Below, piece after piece: positions 63,370 through 64,000 of a stretch of DNA of 64,000 nucleotides (position 1 is its first letter; every line of letters starts with the position of its first letter). The translations under genes and the position numbers were made by a program. Source of the stretch: Malacoraja senta (lineage: Eukaryota); assembly GCA_038087875.1 (NCBI GenBank), contig CM075988.1, positions 23,872,001-23,936,000 on the forward strand, written 5' to 3'. Under the pieces are notes generated by a model. That model was not told the origin of the DNA, made no database searches, and saw only the letters and a program-made list of their open reading frames with translations.

Positions 63370-64000
63370 CCAGGTAGACATTGTTTCGCTGAACACCTTC
63401 ACTCGGTCCCCAGATCTCCCGGTTGCTGGACACTTTAATTCCCCCTGTTTAAGAAGGAACTGCAGATGCTGGAAAATCGAAGGTAGACAAAAGTGCTGGA
63501 GAAACTCAGCGGGTGCAGCAGCATCTATGGAGCGAAGGAAATAGGCAACGTTTCGGCCCGAAACCCTTCCGGGTTTCGTCCCGAAACGTTGCCTATTTCC
63601 TTCAGGGTTTCGTCCCGAAACGTTGCCTATTTCCTTCGCTCCATAGATGCTGCTGCACCCGCTGAGTTTTCTCCAGCATTTTTATCTCAGTTTAATTCCC
63701 CTTCCCATTCCCACACTGACCTATCTGTCCTGGGCCTCCTCCATTGTCAGAATGAGGCCACATGTAAACTGGAGGAACAGCACCTCATATTTCACTTGGG
63801 CAGCTTACAGCCCAGTGGTATGAATATTGATTTTTCCAACTTTAAGTAACGCCTGCATTCCCTCCCTCTCCATCCCTCCCTACCCAAGTCGCACCAGCTT
63901 TCATTCCGACCTAGCTACGGCTAACAAACCCCTTTTCCTATATCACCGTTACCTTTTTGCATATCTTTCATTCATTTGTTCTATATCTCTCTCTCTACAT
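63370..64000 (+). mobile_element. Penelope endonuclease C-terminal fragment interrupted by a fold-back element (63445-63690)
   Basis: PDLPVAGHFNSP | SHSHTDLSVLGLLHC...KLEEQHLIFHLGSLQPSGMNIDFSNFK; TSD TTTAATTCCCC at 63434-63444 and 63691-63701. Confidence 0.85.

Overview
Eukaryotic, repeat-dominated genomic DNA. The repeat repertoire (HE1/V-SINEs, CR1 LINE 3' ends, Penelope-like elements, Rex1/Babar, L2, RTE, L1/Tx1, Harbinger- and hAT-type MITEs) points to a cartilaginous fish, probably a skate or ray (inference). There is no complete protein-coding gene, rRNA, tRNA gene or CRISPR array, and nearly all ORF-track entries are repeat read-throughs. A CpG-island promoter with a probable first exon (about 8.55-8.92 kb, + strand) is followed by a 200-N assembly gap and what looks like one very long 5' intronic region. 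That region holds several candidate alternative promoters or exons (about 33.5, 44 and 55.9 kb) of a gene I cannot name. The most striking signal is a dense population (dozens of copies) of ~100-450 bp non-autonomous Penelope-derived fold-back elements. They have 11-18 bp target-site duplications, a fixed asymmetric ~35-nt tail, and a minimal type I hammerhead-ribozyme motif (CTGAAGA-A-GGG..CCC-GAAA-CG-TH) at or near the hairpin apex, present on both strands. Also seen: a CR1-bounded ~2 kb tandem duplication with an inverted templated patch, several short local duplications, and a 7-bp minisatellite grown from a CR1 tail. All calls come from reading the sequence by eye; no searches or folding were run, and repeat boundaries are approximate unless TSDs are quoted.
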